This document shows, piece after piece, positions 31,285-39,652 of a stretch of 64,000 bases of DNA; the stretch's first letter is position 1; every line of letters begins with the position of its first letter. Origin of the DNA: Marinicella sp. (GTDB lineage Bacteria > Pseudomonadota > Gammaproteobacteria > Xanthomonadales > Marinicellaceae); contig OZ246001.1 of NCBI GenBank assembly GCA_965230295.1, positions 544,001 to 608,000 on the forward strand, read 5' to 3'. The position numbers were made by a program, and so were the translations under genes. The notes below the pieces were generated by a model. It saw only the letters and a list, made by a program, of their open reading frames with translations, searched no databases and was not told where the DNA came from.

Positions 31285-32313
31285 TTATAAGTACCCACGA
31301 CGTTGTTGTTCTAACTCTATGGAATCGAACAAAGCCTGAAAGTTACCCTCGCCAAACCCTTCATTGCCCTTGCGTTGAATGATTTCAAAAAAGATGGGGC
31401 CTATGGCTGTATTGGTAAAGATCTGTAATAAAATTTGTTTTTGGGTGGCTTCATCGGCATCGATCAAAATGTGATTGCGCTGCATGCGTGCGACATCTTC
31501 TTCATGATTAGGTACACGGCGATCGATGATGCTGAAATAAGTTTCTGGAGTAACCATGAACTCCACGCCAGCTGCCCGCATGGACTCTACCGACTCATAA
31601 ATGTTGTCGGTAAATAAGGCAATGTGCTGAATGCCTTCGCCTTTGTACTCATCCAGATATTCATTGATTTGAGATTTGGGGTCTTCTGATTCGTTCAAAG
31701 GAATCTTGACCGATCCATTTGGGCTGGTCATGGCTTTAGAAACCAAACCTGTTTTTTGTCCCTTGATATCAAAATATCTGATTTCACTGAAATTAAAGAG
31801 GTCTTCATAGTATTGACTCCATTTCTCCATGTTACCGAAGTAAACGTTGTGAGTCAGATGATCAATAAAAGTCAACCCAAAACCGGTAGGTGACTGGTGC
31901 ATGCCTACAATGTCTTCAAATTCGGCAACTAACATGTCTGCATAGCTTTGTTTATCCAATATATACAAAGCGGCATCACCGATCCCTTTGATGGCTGGAA
32001 AACTCAATCCATTGGGTACCTCGACGGCTTCAGAACCACCTTTCAAACTGTGCTCCAACGCTTCTTCCTTGTTATCAAAAACGATTGAAAAGCCACTGGC
32101 ACAAGGCCCATGTTCTTTTCTGAATTCTGCAGCGAACCCGGTTTTACTTTCATTGATATAAAAGTCGATTTGTCCTTGACGGTACAATGTGATGGGTTTT
32201 TCTTTGTGCTTCTTGATGGCGTTGAAACCCATTTGGCGAAACAGTTGGTGTAATGGTGCGGCGTCATCGGCTGAATACTCAATGAAGCCAAAGCCGTTGA
32301 TGGTTGCTGACAT
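31285..32313 (-). CDS. hppD: 4-hydroxyphenylpyruvate dioxygenase
   Basis: IDHLTHNV, SQIxEYL, GEGIQHIAL, PIFFEIIQRKGNEGFGEGNFQALF. Confidence 0.95.
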   Translation of the reverse strand: MSATINGFGFIEYSADDAAPLHQLFRQMGFNAIKKHKEKPITLYRQGQIDFYINESKTGFAAEFRKEHGPCASGFSIVFDNKEEALEHSLKGGSEAVEVPNGLSFPAIKGIGDAALYILDKQSYADMLVAEFEDIVGMHQSPTGFGLTFIDHLTHNVYFGNMEKWSQYYEDLFNFSEIRYFDIKGQKTGLVSKAMTSPNGSVKIPLNESEDPKSQINEYLDEYKGEGIQHIALFTDNIYESVESMRAAGVEFMVTPETYFSIIDRRVPNHEEDVARMQRNHILIDADEATQKQILLQIFTNTAIGPIFFEIIQRKGNEGFGEGNFQALFDSIELEQQRRGYL

Positions 32314-32359
32314 GGCGTGTACCCCAGTAATTAAATAAAAAGCGTATTTTAGCTGCATT

Positions 32360-32399
32360 TAGTTTCATTTGAAACTATTTTTTGTTTCATTTGAAACTA
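32360..32399. promoter_or_regulatory. Tandem palindromic operator, probably bound by the adjacent MarR
   Basis: TAGTTTCA-TT-TGAAACTA (32360-32377) and TTGTTTCA-TT-TGAAACTA (32382-32399), 22 bp apart, between divergent hppD and marR. Confidence 0.8.
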
Positions 32400-32419
32400 A
32401 AATTGATTAAACTGTTCAA

Positions 32420-32842
32420 ATGGAACTCAATAATTTCTTACCCTACCAGCTGTCAGTCTTGAGCTTGAAAATTTCCAAAGGCATTGCAGAGCATTATCAG
32501 GATCAATTCGGCATCAACATTTCCGAATGGCGGGTGTTGGTCATTCTGTATAAAAACCCGGACATCACCGCCAAGAAGATTGCCCAGCTCTCACAAATGG
32601 ATAAAGTGCGCATCAGTCGCACAGTCAAGTCACTGTTGCTAAAAGACTATGTACATCAAACCCGGCATCCATTAGATGCCCGTGCCAAAAACTACGAGTT
32701 AAATAAACGTGGAAAATACCTGATGCGAGCAGTCATCCCGGATGCCCTGCGATACGAGGAAGAGTTGCTCAGCCAACTCAGTAAAGATGAACGCGACCAA
32801 CTACATCACCTATTGAGTAAGTTTAATCAAATATTATCATAA
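32420..32842 (+). CDS. MarR family transcriptional regulator, divergent from hppD
   Basis: FLPYQLSVL, EWRVL, MDKxxISR, DAR..LxxRG. Confidence 0.92.
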   Translation: MELNNFLPYQLSVLSLKISKGIAEHYQDQFGINISEWRVLVILYKNPDITAKKIAQLSQMDKVRISRTVKSLLLKDYVHQTRHPLDARAKNYELNKRGKYLMRAVIPDALRYEEELLSQLSKDERDQLHHLLSKFNQILS

Positions 32843-32850
32843 CTAACAAC

Positions 32851-33365
32851 TGTCATCTTGAGCGCAACGCAGTGAAGTCGAAAGATCTCGTGACTTATTC
32901 GTAGGAAAGCTGCTGAGCAGCTTGACCCACCGAGCCGGTTAGCAAATCATGCAATAATGGCGGTTTTTCAAAGCAAAGAAGCCTTGATGTAATGATTGAT
33001 TAGCCGTGAGCTTTTGTTATAGCGGCCGCTATCGCTCCTAGCTATCGCGGCAGACCTACATCCATGTAGTCACCTCTGATACCGGCATCCTGCCTCCTCA
33101 GAGGACTTACTTCCATGTAAGCCAATCAGAGGCGAAGAGAATAGCCAATGAGCATATGGCGATTTGACGAAGTCAAGAAGCCTTATGTGAATGGCGTTAT
33201 AGCACAGGCAATGAAAGTTGGGCGGTTTTATCGAAGATAAAGAAGCCCGATTTGAATGCCGCAGTGCGTGCGAGGTAGCATGTCATGTTCGCCTCGGCAG
33301 CTACCGCATGGATCCCCAGGACGGGGTGAATGCAGAGAATTGTTGGGAACAATTGCAGGAAAGCC
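32851..33365. repeat. Mosaic of REP-like palindromes and structured hairpin modules
   Basis: TGTCATC..GAGCG..GTCGAAAGAT unit (32851-32889); GTAG-headed palindrome GTAGGAAAGCTGCTGAGCAGCTT (32901-32923); multibranch hairpins 33019-33365; homology to 49211-49400. Confidence 0.7.
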
Positions 33366-33485
33366 CCAGAACATACCTTAAGTAACATGCTCAAACTTAT
33401 AATTAGCAAATTACCCCACTCTAATCACTCAATCGGAGCGACACTCACCATATATTCAAACTCCAGATCAGGAATAGTTAACCGC

Positions 33486-33638
33486 TGGCTGAGCGGAGTC
33501 GAAGCCCGATGAAACCAAGTCATCACAATGATCACTTCGGCTTCGCTCAGTGAACGGTTTTGGTGGCTGAGCGGAGTCGAAGCCTCATGATGCAATGGTA
33601 CTATTGATGATCACTTCGACTCCGCTCAGTGAACGGTT
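33486..33638. repeat. Two tandem inverted REP doublets (REPIN/BIME-like)
   Basis: TGGCTGAGCGGAGTCGAAGCC at 33486 and 33564, each followed by a near-complementary CTTCGRCTYCGCTCAG; period ~78 bp. Confidence 0.85.
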
Positions 33639-35505
33639 ATGCCTTCGCTTCCAATTCATCCCAGCGGGCATAAGCCGTTTGTAGCTCTTTTTCCAATGCA
33701 GACAATTCAGTCGTTACTGCTTTGATGGTGGATTCGTCTTGGCTGTAAAAGTCTGGAGCACAGACCTGTTCTGACAGTTCAGCCAATTGTGTTTCTAAGG
33801 CATCAATTTTTTCCGGCAGTTGTTCCAACTCATGTTTGTCTTTGAAAGTTAATTTGTTGCTGTTGTCTTTTTTGGGTTTGGCACTGGTTGCAGCTGGTTC
33901 TTTTTTAGCCTTTTGGGTCTCCTCAGGCTTTTTTCTCTGGCGCAGGTAGTCTTCGTAACCACCCACATACTCATTGACTTCGTATTGACCATCCACCGGG
34001 TTCTCAAACACGATGGTTTGGGTACAGACATTATCAATGAAGTCGCGATCATGGCTGATCAGAATTAAGGTCCCCTGAAACTCAAACAACAGGTCCTGGA
34101 TCAAATCCAAAGTTTCCATGTCAAGGTCATTGGTTGGTTCATCCATCACTATGACATTGGCTGGCCTGGCAAATAACCTGGCCAACAGCAACCGAGACCG
34201 TTCACCCCCGGACAACACGCTGGCAGGCCCCCTGATTTTTTCAGCACTGAACAAAAAATCTTGCAAGTATGAAATCACATGACGTGGTTTGCCGTTGATC
34301 TCAACAAAATCAGTACCCAGTTGTAAATTGTTTTGGACAGTGTCTTCATCATTGATGGCTTGCTTTAACTGATCAAAATAAGCGACTTCTAAGCCCGTTC
34401 CTAATTTGACTGAACCTACCTGCGGTTCGATTTCACCCAACAACAATTGCACCAGGGTGGTTTTACCCACACCATTCGGGCCAATGATCCCGACCTTGTC
34501 GCCACGCATGATTTTACTGGTAAAACCTTCCAGGATGGTTTGGTCACCATATTTAAAGCCCACATTGTGCGCCACGATGACTTTTTTACCACTGGCCTCA
34601 GCCACATTGATGCTGGCCTTGGTGGTGGCCGACTGTGTGCGTCTTTGTTTGCGTTCCTCGCGCAAAGCCAGTAAATCTTTGACCCGGCTTTCACTGCGGG
34701 TTCGGCGTGCTTTGATACCCTGTCTGACCCACACTTCTTCCTGGCTGAGCTTTTTATCTAATCGTTCCCATTCTTTGACTTCTGCTTCCAGCCGTTCTTC
34801 ACGCCGTTTTAAATATTTTTCGTAGCCACAATCATATTGGTATATCTTGCCGCGATCCAATTCCAGAATGCCATTGGCTATACTTCTCAAAAAGGTGCGG
34901 TCATGGGTCACAAATACCACCGCACAATGTAATTTATTGACCATGTCCTGGAGCCACAGAATGCTGTCAATGTCTAAATGGTTGGTCGGCTCATCCAGTA
35001 ACAACACATCGGGTTGTTGTACCAACGCAGCTGCCAGGTTGATGCGACGACGTACACCACCAGATAAAGTCTTGATCACATCATCAGGATTTAACTTGAG
35101 CTTAGAGGTAACCACATCAATCTGCTGTAACAGGTCCCACCCATTGTTTTCATCAATCACCTGTTGGTAGACTGCCATCTTGTCAGGGTCAGTGGCCAAC
35201 TCATATTGTTCCAAGGCTGCGCCAACCTCACCCAAGGCATGGAGCAAAAACTGCCTGACAGTGGCTTCTGTTTCATTGGCTGCAGATTGTTTCATCATGG
35301 CCACTTTCATGCCATCTTGTTTTTTGATTTGACCATCATCTATGGCGATGAGGCCAGCCAAAATTTTCAACAAAGTCGACTTGCCCTCGCCATTTCGACC
35401 AATCAAGGCTAACTTCTGACCTTTAGATATGGTGAGGTTCACACCATCTAATATGGGGTGTGCACCAAAATCGATGCTGACTTTGTCAAAACTGATGAGC
35501 GACAT
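33637..35505 (-). CDS. uup: ABC-F family ATPase Uup
   Basis: Two ABC cassettes (GRNGEGKST, GPNGVGKTT, LSGG, DEPTN), QGIKARRTR linker, coiled C-terminal domain. Confidence 0.9.
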   Translation of the reverse strand: MSLISFDKVSIDFGAHPILDGVNLTISKGQKLALIGRNGEGKSTLLKILAGLIAIDDGQIKKQDGMKVAMMKQSAANETEATVRQFLLHALGEVGAALEQYELATDPDKMAVYQQVIDENNGWDLLQQIDVVTSKLKLNPDDVIKTLSGGVRRRINLAAALVQQPDVLLLDEPTNHLDIDSILWLQDMVNKLHCAVVFVTHDRTFLRSIANGILELDRGKIYQYDCGYEKYLKRREERLEAEVKEWERLDKKLSQEEVWVRQGIKARRTRSESRVKDLLALREERKQRRTQSATTKASINVAEASGKKVIVAHNVGFKYGDQTILEGFTSKIMRGDKVGIIGPNGVGKTTLVQLLLGEIEPQVGSVKLGTGLEVAYFDQLKQAINDEDTVQNNLQLGTDFVEINGKPRHVISYLQDFLFSAEKIRGPASVLSGGERSRLLLARLFARPANVIVMDEPTNDLDMETLDLIQDLLFEFQGTLILISHDRDFIDNVCTQTIVFENPVDGQYEVNEYVGGYEDYLRQRKKPEETQKAKKEPAATSAKPKKDNSNKLTFKDKHELEQLPEKIDALETQLAELSEQVCAPDFYSQDESTIKAVTTELSALEKELQTAYARWDELEAKA

Positions 35506-35662
35506 GGTTGAGTTTTTATAAAAAGTGGTCCACATTGTAATCAGAACCACAACAACCACAAGCATCAATCTGCTAATTTCTATGAATTAGAAAAAACGAC
35601 TGACCAAATTTGGCACATAAAGACAAGCCAAACTGAATGAAAATTTTAAGTTCACTCAATCT

Positions 35663-35678
35663 TTTGATGGCCATCACA
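35663..35678 (+). promoter_or_regulatory. CRP/Clp-like site upstream of the kinase
   Basis: TTTGA-TGGCCA-TCACA (9/10 consensus); TAAAAT -10 candidate at 35730. Confidence 0.45.
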
Positions 35679-35760
35679 GTTTTGGACACAAGTAATGCCT
35701 AAATTTGCTGCAAAACCCCAATACATGGTTAAAATAAATATCAATGAATCTCAGTGAAGT

Positions 35761-38013
35761 ATGTTGAAAACAGTCCCTAAACTCAATTTGAACATCCCTG
35801 ACCACACCATATTAGACAAGATCGGTGAAGGGGGGATGTCAGCAGTCTATCTGGGACGTCAAATTTCTTTACAGCGTAAAGTAGCCATTAAAGTTTTGAA
35901 AAAACTGGTGATGGATGACAAAACCCTGGCTGAACGATTTGTAGATGAAGCCAAAACAGTCGCTTCGCTGGACCACCCTCACATCATCAGTATTTACGAA
36001 GCCAAGAAATTACCATCCGGTTTGGCCTACTTCACCATGCCTTATTTGACACATGGCGACTTTGGCGAAATCATCTGTACCAATTCAGACCATTTGATTG
36101 AGCTGCTGTGCCAAATTTGTGATGGCCTGGACCACGCCCACCAACATGGCATCATTCACAGGGACCTGAAACCCGAAAACATTCTGTTTGATCAATTCGG
36201 CCGCATTAAAATTGCGGATTTTGGTATTGCCATTTCTAAAAACGTTAAGCGCAAAACCAAAGAAACACAATTATTGGGCAGTGCCCATTACATGAGCCCC
36301 GAACAAATTCAATCCAAGGAAATTGACCGACACAGCGACATTTACAGTTTAGGCTGCATCATTTATGAAAAATTAACTGGCGATCACGTCTTCCAGGCCA
36401 ACAATGATTTTTCTATATTGATGTCACACATCAACAAGCCAGTGCCTGAACTGCCCAAAGCCTTGGCTGAATGGCAGCCCATCATTGACAACTGTTTGGC
36501 CAAAGAACCTGCTGATCGCTTTGATTCAGTTGATGAATTAAAGGATGCCTTATTGGCCATCAAATATCAAAAACATGTGCCACCCAGTGAAGCACAAGTG
36601 GCAACGGCCAAAGGCATTAAATGGCCATACATCGGAGCTGGCGCTGCAGGCTTGATGTTGGTTGTTGCTGCTGCCTTTTTCATGACCAGACAATCAGCAG
36701 ACGAACCCAAAGAACATGAAACCGCTTTGGTGGCGGAGTCCACAAAACCAGTGGCAGAACAACAAACTGTTGTTAATGAACCACCTCCCTCCACAACGCC
36801 TTTGGAACTGTCAATTGGCGTGGTTGAAACCAACACTGATGATGAAGACAGCGAGATGGTTGACCTGACTAGCAATTTAGACAATGAAACCATCAACCAA
36901 ATGTCCATAGAAGTCACCTTGAAAGAAGCTCAGGATTTATTAAAAAGGTATCGGTTAACCAAGCCCAAAGGCGAAAACGCAGCCGACAAATTCCAGGCCG
37001 TATTACTGGAACAACCTGACAACCAGGAAGCCCGACAGGGACTCAATCAAGTGGGCAGAAACTATTTCAGCCTGATTGAAAGGAAGCTCAAAGAACAAGC
37101 CATCGATGATGCTTTGAAACATGTCAAATCATTGGTTGAGTACATGGACAAGTACCGCATTGATAAGGGCTTATTTGAACAGCAAGTGAGCACCATCATG
37201 ACCACAACCCATGGGTTGGTCAATCAAGCGGTGAATAAACGTCGAACCGATCCGCAGGCAGAAAGCTATTTACAAATGGCATCTCTGTTGATGCCCAATT
37301 ATGCTTTTGTGAATGACTTGCAGTCCTCTTACAACAACATTCCCAAGACTGGCGATTTGGTGACTGATCAGTGGGGCCACCAATTTGTTTATTTTGCAGC
37401 TCCCGAGTCCACTGGGCTGACTGATTTCATGGTTGGAGAGCATGAAGTAACGGTTGAACAGTTCACTCGATTTGCCCAGTCTCAATTCACTGAGGACAAA
37501 TGCCATCATTATGATAAAAAAGTTTTCTTCAAGAAAACCTGGCTGAAGCCGCCGTTTGAACAAACCAATCAACACCCGGTTATTTGTATAACAGCGAACC
37601 AAGCCCAAGCTTATGCCAGCTGGTTGTCAGAACAAACCGGTCACACATACCGGTTACCCACCCATCAGGAATTTCAATACCTGAACAGACAATTAAGCCC
37701 CGAAACCAATTGCCAGGCAGCCAATTTGGCCGGTTCAGAAGTCAAAGCTGAAAAGAAAGCCACCAACCAGGCACTAAGCTGTAACGATGGACATGTATTT
37801 ACGGCCGGCGTGAAAAATTTCAAACCCAACACCAAGATTCATGATTTCAATGGTAACGTCAGTGAATGGGTTTCAGGTTGTAGAACATCCAATGCCTGCG
37901 CCATGGGCAACTCGTGGCGTTCTGGGTCAGACAGCAAAAACAACATGACATTACCTGCACAATCCGGTGACACCCATTCTCACATTGGATTTCGTCTGGT
38001 CAGGGAAATTTGA
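35761..38013 (+). CDS. Hanks-type Ser/Thr kinase, TM, C-terminal FGE-sulfatase-like domain (PpkA-like architecture)
   Basis: GEGGMSxVY, VAIK, HRDLKPEN, DFG, YMSPEQ; EVTVxQF, HPVxC, YRLPT, GNVSEW, IGFRLVRE. Confidence 0.9.
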   Translation: MLKTVPKLNLNIPDHTILDKIGEGGMSAVYLGRQISLQRKVAIKVLKKLVMDDKTLAERFVDEAKTVASLDHPHIISIYEAKKLPSGLAYFTMPYLTHGDFGEIICTNSDHLIELLCQICDGLDHAHQHGIIHRDLKPENILFDQFGRIKIADFGIAISKNVKRKTKETQLLGSAHYMSPEQIQSKEIDRHSDIYSLGCIIYEKLTGDHVFQANNDFSILMSHINKPVPELPKALAEWQPIIDNCLAKEPADRFDSVDELKDALLAIKYQKHVPPSEAQVATAKGIKWPYIGAGAAGLMLVVAAAFFMTRQSADEPKEHETALVAESTKPVAEQQTVVNEPPPSTTPLELSIGVVETNTDDEDSEMVDLTSNLDNETINQMSIEVTLKEAQDLLKRYRLTKPKGENAADKFQAVLLEQPDNQEARQGLNQVGRNYFSLIERKLKEQAIDDALKHVKSLVEYMDKYRIDKGLFEQQVSTIMTTTHGLVNQAVNKRRTDPQAESYLQMASLLMPNYAFVNDLQSSYNNIPKTGDLVTDQWGHQFVYFAAPESTGLTDFMVGEHEVTVEQFTRFAQSQFTEDKCHHYDKKVFFKKTWLKPPFEQTNQHPVICITANQAQAYASWLSEQTGHTYRLPTHQEFQYLNRQLSPETNCQAANLAGSEVKAEKKATNQALSCNDGHVFTAGVKNFKPNTKIHDFNGNVSEWVSGCRTSNACAMGNSWRSGSDSKNNMTLPAQSGDTHSHIGFRLVREI

Positions 38014-38043
38014 TCTGCATGCGCTTTTTGGGCTGCGCATTTT

Positions 38044-39042
38044 TTAAACTTTAGGCTGCTCAATCAAATGGTCTTGATGCCACACTTTTTGCATGGTCGT
38101 TGCGTCTATATTTCCACCTGACAATATCACCAAAATTCTCCTGGGATTGGCGCTGTGATCAGCTTGCGATCTCAGCCATTGACACACCCCATCCATGACC
38201 ATGGCTGAAGTGGGCTCTACATGTAACTTCAACAGGTGTTGTAACCATTGGGTCCAATAAGCCATGGGGGGCTCATCGACGGCATAAAATTGATCCAAAT
38301 GTCTGATGTGCTCAAACGTTTTCTCCCCAATGGATAAAGTCATGGCACCATCTGCCAAAGTTTTCGGTGCATCATCCAGTTGTTGTATCTGTCCTGTTAG
38401 GTAAGAACGCATTGCATCATCACCAGCCAACGGTTCAACAGCAATAACCTGTGTATCAGAACAGTACTCACGTGTTGCCACCAAAGTACCGGAAATCAAG
38501 CCGCCACCACCACAAGGGGCAAAAACTGCATCAACCTTTTGATCAATCTGTTGGTACGCTTCATAGGCAGCTGTTCCTTGGCCTGCAATGACTGAGTAAT
38601 CATTGAAAGGTGGAATCCAAAACACCCCATCTTCATCAGCCGCTTGTTCAACAGCCAAATCAACGGCTTGACGGCTGGCAAGCAGCTCGACATCAGCACC
38701 ATATGACCTGATTGCCTGGGCTTTGACCTTGGAGGCAAATGTTGGCATAAACACGGTTGATGAGATGCCAAACAAATCAGCAGCCCAGGCTATCGACTGG
38801 CCATGATTACCAGAAGAGTTAGCCACCACACGCTTAACGCCCTCATGACTTTCTAACAATGACTGTACTGCATTACAGCCACCACGTGCTTTGAATGCAC
38901 CAATTTTTTGTAAGCACTCGGCTTTGAAATATATTTCGTGGCCAAGCCACTGATTTAACAAAGCAGAAGTGATGATCGGCGTCTTTTTAACGTAAGGTTG
39001 AATTCGTTGGTGGGCTTTTTTGATGTCGTCTATAGTGATCAT
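38044..39042 (-). CDS. PLP-dependent serine/threonine dehydratase family protein
   Basis: KAECLQKIGAFKARG, SSGNH, AGQGT, CGGGGL, SGGN. Confidence 0.88.
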   Translation of the reverse strand: MITIDDIKKAHQRIQPYVKKTPIITSALLNQWLGHEIYFKAECLQKIGAFKARGGCNAVQSLLESHEGVKRVVANSSGNHGQSIAWAADLFGISSTVFMPTFASKVKAQAIRSYGADVELLASRQAVDLAVEQAADEDGVFWIPPFNDYSVIAGQGTAAYEAYQQIDQKVDAVFAPCGGGGLISGTLVATREYCSDTQVIAVEPLAGDDAMRSYLTGQIQQLDDAPKTLADGAMTLSIGEKTFEHIRHLDQFYAVDEPPMAYWTQWLQHLLKLHVEPTSAMVMDGVCQWLRSQADHSANPRRILVILSGGNIDATTMQKVWHQDHLIEQPKV

Positions 39043-39638
39043 GTTTTTTCAAATATCAGCATTTGATTGTTGGCCGGCATGGCCAAATCTTCGATCAGGT
39101 TCATGTCCTGATCATTCATTAATTGGTTGATGGTCTCAAAATCACGGACACCACTTTGAGCATCCCTTTCTTTCAACCACAAATCAAACGCACCATTCGA
39201 TTCAGAAGTGAATGCACCTTGGTATTTAAAGGGGCCGTAGAAAAACACTCGATTTTTAGGCTTTAAATGCTGTCCCATGTCGTCGATCAATTGTTTCACC
39301 AAGTCTTCACTGATGATGTGTAAGGTGTTGGCACAGAAGACCACATCAGCAGAAGCTGGCCATTGATCTTGCCCGATTTCATAGGGTAATGGAGCCATGA
39401 CATTCACAAGTTGGTATTCATTCAACCACATGTTAATTCCAGCATGATTATAAATCACATCTGATGTTTGCCACATCACATGAGGTAAATGCTGTCCCAT
39501 ATAGACGGCATGTTGTCCGGTACCTGAACCCACTTCAAGAACCCGCTGGTCGTCATGACGTAAATATTGTTTCAAAGTGGCAAGTATGACCCCTTGGTTG
39601 CGTTCGCACGAAGGGGAATGTGGTTTTTCTGTATTCAA
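39039..39638 (-). CDS. DUF938 family SAM-dependent methyltransferase
   Basis: CERN, VLEVGSGTGQHA, WQTSD, YGPF, MPANN. Confidence 0.9.
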   Translation of the reverse strand: MNTEKPHSPSCERNQGVILATLKQYLRHDDQRVLEVGSGTGQHAVYMGQHLPHVMWQTSDVIYNHAGINMWLNEYQLVNVMAPLPYEIGQDQWPASADVVFCANTLHIISEDLVKQLIDDMGQHLKPKNRVFFYGPFKYQGAFTSESNGAFDLWLKERDAQSGVRDFETINQLMNDQDMNLIEDLAMPANNQMLIFEKT

Positions 39639-39652
39639 TTTTTGCTACCAAG

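Noticed and set aside
33197-33512. ORFs 33197-33409 (-) and 33330-33512 (+)
   Set aside because: They cross palindromic repeats and show no recognisable protein motifs.
33486-33638. CRISPR-like repeat/spacer pattern
   Set aside because: Only two units, the repeats alternate in orientation as inverted pairs, and no cas genes are present; it fits REP doublets.
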